Source: an uncultured Bacteroides sp.
GTDB taxonomy: Bacteria > Bacteroidota > Bacteroidia > Bacteroidales > Bacteroidaceae
Assembly: GCA_949288585.1 (NCBI GenBank)
Contig: CASEKR010000002.1
Location: 3,204 to 67,203 of the forward strand
Direction: 5' to 3'
DNA: 64,000 nucleotides
This document shows, in pieces, positions 60,664-64,000 of this stretch. The position numbers and the translations under genes are program-made. Below the pieces are notes generated by a model, which was not told the origin of the DNA, did no database searches, and saw only the letters and a list, made by a program, of their open reading frames with translations. The stretch's first letter is position 1. Every line of letters begins with the position of its first letter.

Positions 60664-61752
60664 TTATTTCCCGTGAATGACCGGCACTTCTGCCGATTCG
60701 GAGGGAGTGCCCGTGCTAACGGAAGGCCAGCCCGTATAGCTCCAGCGCACCCTGTCGAGACTGATGCTGCGCCCGCTGTCGCCGTTCGGCGTGGGCTTGT
60801 AGTAGGCATGGTACAGCATCCACGTCTGGCCGGCATCGTCCAGTTGCAGGATGGAGTTGTGTCCCGTGCCCTTGAAGGTGTTGTCCGACGTGCCGCGCAG
60901 GATGACCTCGTCTTGGTTGTCCAGCATCCTTCCGCCCGTCTTGTTGACATAAGGGCCGGCCAGGTTTTCCGAACGGCCTACCACCGTCTGGTAGGTGCTG
61001 TTGATGCCTTCGCAACACGAGCCGCGCGAAGCAAACAAGTAATAATAGCCATCATGCTTCCACACGTTCACGCCCTCATAGGCATTGCCTGCCAGTTGGA
61101 CTTTGGTATCCAGCTTAGGAGTGATGTACAACTCGTCCGTGATGTCCAGTTCCACCATGAAAAGCCCGTGGAAACTGCCCCACAGCATGTAGTACTTGCC
61201 GTCTTCTTCCCAAAAGAACTGGTCGATGGAATTCTGCACGTCCACCTGTTCGCTGGTGAACACGTAGCCTTGGGGCATGAAGGGGCCTTCGGGGCTGTCG
61301 GACAAGGCGTAGCCCACGGTGCTGAGCCACTCTTGCCCCCACTTGGCCAGCGAATAGAACAGTACGTACTTCCCCTTGATGTAACGGATTTCGGGCGCCC
61401 ACAGGCTGGGGTCGTCGGAACTGACAGACGTGGGGAAGTCTGGGCGCGTGGTTTCTGTAAATGCCGTGCCCACAAAGGTCCAGTCCACCAAGTTGTCAGA
61501 CTTGTAGATGGGCATGTTGCGCGTGTCTTCCGTGCCGTACAAGTAATACGTCCCGTCGGCCGTGCGGATACAAGTAGGGTCGGGAGCCGAATACTCCAGC
61601 ACAGGGTTCCAATAGAGTTCTTTAGGCTCTTCACCCCCGCCACCGCCGCCGGGAGGGTCGCCTGCCGGGTCGTCGGAAGAACCGCCACACCCCGCCAGGA
61701 AAGGCATGAAAAACACAGAGCATAATAACAGGAAATTCTTTCTTACATTCAT
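60664..61752 (-). CDS. GH43 glycoside hydrolase lipoprotein
   Basis: LAGC lipobox, Gly/Pro linker and the same GH43 motifs as 55870-56934. Confidence 0.9.
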   Translation of the reverse strand: MNVRKNFLLLCSVFFMPFLAGCGGSSDDPAGDPPGGGGGGEEPKELYWNPVLEYSAPDPTCIRTADGTYYLYGTEDTRNMPIYKSDNLVDWTFVGTAFTETTRPDFPTSVSSDDPSLWAPEIRYIKGKYVLFYSLAKWGQEWLSTVGYALSDSPEGPFMPQGYVFTSEQVDVQNSIDQFFWEEDGKYYMLWGSFHGLFMVELDITDELYITPKLDTKVQLAGNAYEGVNVWKHDGYYYLFASRGSCCEGINSTYQTVVGRSENLAGPYVNKTGGRMLDNQDEVILRGTSDNTFKGTGHNSILQLDDAGQTWMLYHAYYKPTPNGDSGRSISLDRVRWSYTGWPSVSTGTPSESAEVPVIHGK

Positions 61753-61848
61753 AATTGTCAAATATAAAATTAGTATTCAGTTCTTGTCTGTCTATCCGTT
61801 TCCCCACGTGGAGGGAGCCTTTGCACGAAGCAGAGGGTGTCCAGAGCA

Positions 61849-61958
61849 CTTGCGGAGAAGGACTCCGGTACTCGCGAAGAAAGATTACGGCGCTCGCAAA
61901 TGAACGCTTCGGCGCTCGCGAAGGAAGACTTCGGCGTTCGCAAAGGGATACTGGGGAG
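61849..61958. repeat. Five degenerate 22-bp tandem repeats
   Basis: CTCGCGAAGGAAGACTTCGGCG-like units at 61849, 61871, 61893, 61915 and 61937. Confidence 0.75.
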
Positions 61959-61973
61959 GGACAACCTTTGCAC

Positions 61974-62010
61974 AAAAAAGCGGCTTTACGGGCAAGGCCC
62001 GCAAAGCCGC
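61974..62010 (-). terminator. Intra-PUL intrinsic terminator
   Basis: GCGGCTTTGCGGGC..GCCCGTAAAGCCGC followed by T6 on the minus strand. Confidence 0.75.
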
Positions 62011-62034
62011 CTATTCTCCACTATCAGTCAACCT

Positions 62035-63405
62035 TTAATCTTCGCCATAGAAATAGGCCTCGGCCACGGCGATGGCATTGCCAGTACCGTTATCACGCCA
62101 GGAGTTGACAAACTCCAGCTTCACGTAGCGGCCACGGGTGGGCGTCACGTCGAAGATTTGTTCACCATCCTTAGGTTCAACGTTAAAAGAAGCAACGGGT
62201 TGCCCCCAGTCCTCACCGTCCGAGCTGACGTAAACATTCACGTCGCGCACGTCTTTATACGATGACGACGCACGTTGCACGATGCCCACCTGCGTGAACT
62301 CACGTTCTGTCTGCGAATCCACGATAAGCCAGTGGGGCAACTCGCTGTCGGGCGTACTCTGCCAACTGGCGTGCCAATAAGTGTTGACGTCGCCGTCGAT
62401 GGCATCCAGGTATCTGCCGTTGGCGTTGCCTTCGCCGGTCAGTTCCTCCGTGCAACCTGTGGCGGTCCATCCCGAACGGTCGAAGCGCTTGCCGACAAGG
62501 CGAACCACCGGCGCCCACAAAGAAGCGTCGGCCGAAAGCTCGAAGCGGCTCACGTCGCTCAGGCGCAAAGGCAACATGTAATAGCCCGACTTGGCGCCGC
62601 CAAAGTCAGCGATGCTGACAGCCACCTCCGCGTCTTGCGCGTCGGCAGCCAAAGAGACACTTCCGGGCACCGTGTACGACCCGTCAGCAGGTATTTGGTA
62701 GTTTGTGTTGTGTTGTTCGTTGTATGCTGCCACGTAGTCCTTATCCAAGGTGACCGTGGCCGACACTTCCCAAGAGTTCTGCACCGTCAGCAGCCCGAAG
62801 ACATTGGAAGCATGGAATGCCCCAGTCGTGAAATCGTGGTTATAGACCTGCACGCCCGTCGTGCGGAAACCTACGGGAGGCGTCACCACGCCGTTGATAA
62901 ACATGATGTACGAGTTCTTCTCGTCGTTGATGGAGTCGTTCTCGCTCACGGCACGCAACGGCAGGAGCCAACGCGTGTCCTGCGTCCCGTTCTCCATGGC
63001 TTCCTGCACCACGGCGGCGTCCACCGAAATGGTCACCTGTTTGCTCACTTCCGAGCCGCCGAAGGCCAGTTCCGTCTGGTCGATGGAGTAGCTGGACGAC
63101 GGGATAATCTGGTAGGGGATTCCCTCGTTGATGCTGTACATCTCGTCCACGTCGGCCTGCGACATGGTTTCGATGCTCACCTGGGCGCTCAGCGAAGGGT
63201 CGCTGCCGGCCTTGCACACCGAGAATGTGTAATCTGTCGCCTCGCCCGTGTTGTAGAGCGTGACATTCTGCTCGCCGCTCTCCAAGATATAAAGAATCTT
63301 GTGGTATTCGGCAGGGAACATGTCCTGTATGTCGTCCTCCGCGCAGCCCGACAACAGCGGAACCAGCGACAAAGGAAACAATGCGGTATAAACTAATTTC
63401 TTCAT
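62035..63405 (-). CDS. Surface glycan-binding lipoprotein (two DUF1735-like domains plus F5/8 type C)
   Basis: LSGC lipobox, two LPLR motifs, AIDGD.NTYWH.W and GRYVK. Confidence 0.85.
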   Translation of the reverse strand: MKKLVYTALFPLSLVPLLSGCAEDDIQDMFPAEYHKILYILESGEQNVTLYNTGEATDYTFSVCKAGSDPSLSAQVSIETMSQADVDEMYSINEGIPYQIIPSSSYSIDQTELAFGGSEVSKQVTISVDAAVVQEAMENGTQDTRWLLPLRAVSENDSINDEKNSYIMFINGVVTPPVGFRTTGVQVYNHDFTTGAFHASNVFGLLTVQNSWEVSATVTLDKDYVAAYNEQHNTNYQIPADGSYTVPGSVSLAADAQDAEVAVSIADFGGAKSGYYMLPLRLSDVSRFELSADASLWAPVVRLVGKRFDRSGWTATGCTEELTGEGNANGRYLDAIDGDVNTYWHASWQSTPDSELPHWLIVDSQTEREFTQVGIVQRASSSYKDVRDVNVYVSSDGEDWGQPVASFNVEPKDGEQIFDVTPTRGRYVKLEFVNSWRDNGTGNAIAVAEAYFYGED

Positions 63406-63434
63406 GGTCATACTTTATATTATGTGATTGTTCA

Positions 63435-64000
63435 TTAATAACCCGGTGCCTGCACCAAGTTCGGGTCCGAATAGATTTCTTCGTTGTGAATGGGGTAGAG
63501 ATACATGCGATCCTCCCAGGCAAAGGTCTGGTCGATGACTATCGGCGTATTGAACGATTCGAACGAAGGATTGCTCTGCACGGCGTTCAAGCCCCGGTAG
63601 TGGTTCTTCATCATCGTCTGGTCTCCCCACACGTTGCGGCGGATTTCCAACTGGCGGTGTACTTCGAAGTAGAACTCGTTGGACCATTCGTCCAGCACCA
63701 CTTCCAGCAACTGCCCGTCGCCGCTCACTTCGTCCACGCTGACGGCCGGCACGCCTGCACGCTCGCGCACCCGGTTCAGGTAGCTCACGCCCTCGTCCAA
63801 GTGTTGGTTCAGGCGAGCGTCGCACTCCGCCAGCATCAGGTAAAGGTCGGCCAGGCGGAACAGAGCCCACGTGTGGTTGTAGCCTTCGCTCGTGTTATTG
63901 CCCTCGTCGATGCCGGTAAAACGGACGTTGGGGTGCACCATCTTGATGTTGTAGAAGCCCGTCTGCGACTGGTTGTTGGCGCCGAAGTTCGGATTATACC
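63435..64000 (-). CDS. SusD/RagB-family protein, C-terminal part (truncated by the window edge)
   Basis: FRLADLYLMLAE, LNRVRERAG, EFYFE.HR and YLYPI..EI..LVQAPGY. Confidence 0.9.
   Translation of the reverse strand, partial: YNPNFGANNQSQTGFYNIKMVHPNVRFTGIDEGNNTSEGYNHTWALFRLADLYLMLAECDARLNQHLDEGVSYLNRVRERAGVPAVSVDEVSGDGQLLEVVLDEWSNEFYFEVHRQLEIRRNVWGDQTMMKNHYRGLNAVQSNPSFESFNTPIVIDQTFAWEDRMYLYPIHNEEIYSDPNLVQAPGY

Noticed and set aside
61849-61958. CRISPR array (also considered for 31909-31971 and 49236-49294)
   Set aside because: Units are directly tandem and degenerate, with no unique spacers and no cas genes.

Overview
A 64-kb chromosomal window from a GC-rich Bacteroidales organism, probably Bacteroidaceae. 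The assignment rests on TAnnTTTG promoters, SusD, NVEALA and Rpn genes. From left to right it holds: an LPS/glycan locus with glf and a galactofuranosyltransferase; a frameshifted Rpn nuclease; pdxB; an accessory block with two TPR-HTH regulators, DUF3244, an NVEALA peptide and a beta-propeller; a PAP2 phosphatase; sdhCAB; dusB, a U32 peptidase, a thioesterase and dprA; PepSY, esterase and methyltransferase genes; a TonB receptor with a metallophosphatase; an M64 peptidase; a GNAT; a lone sigma4-TnsA nuclease; an AT-rich CXXX-repeat radical-SAM RiPP island; Fic and AAA-DUF4143; parE, coaD, an S41 peptidase and aqpZ; and the 3' end of a polysaccharide utilization locus (PUL). Two things stand out. 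First, three intergenic elements made of inverted arrays of 8-mer or 7-mer repeats run from a stop codon to the next start codon, and one of them carries an Avd/IVP-like four-helix-bundle gene inside the sdh operon. Second, the radical-SAM cluster has a 30-Cys precursor that looks like a Tat-type lipoprotein. I also found a candidate sRNA antisense to a generic start region, a long structured leader, and a 25-bp duplication that breaks sdhC. I found no tRNA, rRNA or CRISPR array. All family names come from motif recognition by eye, not database searches.
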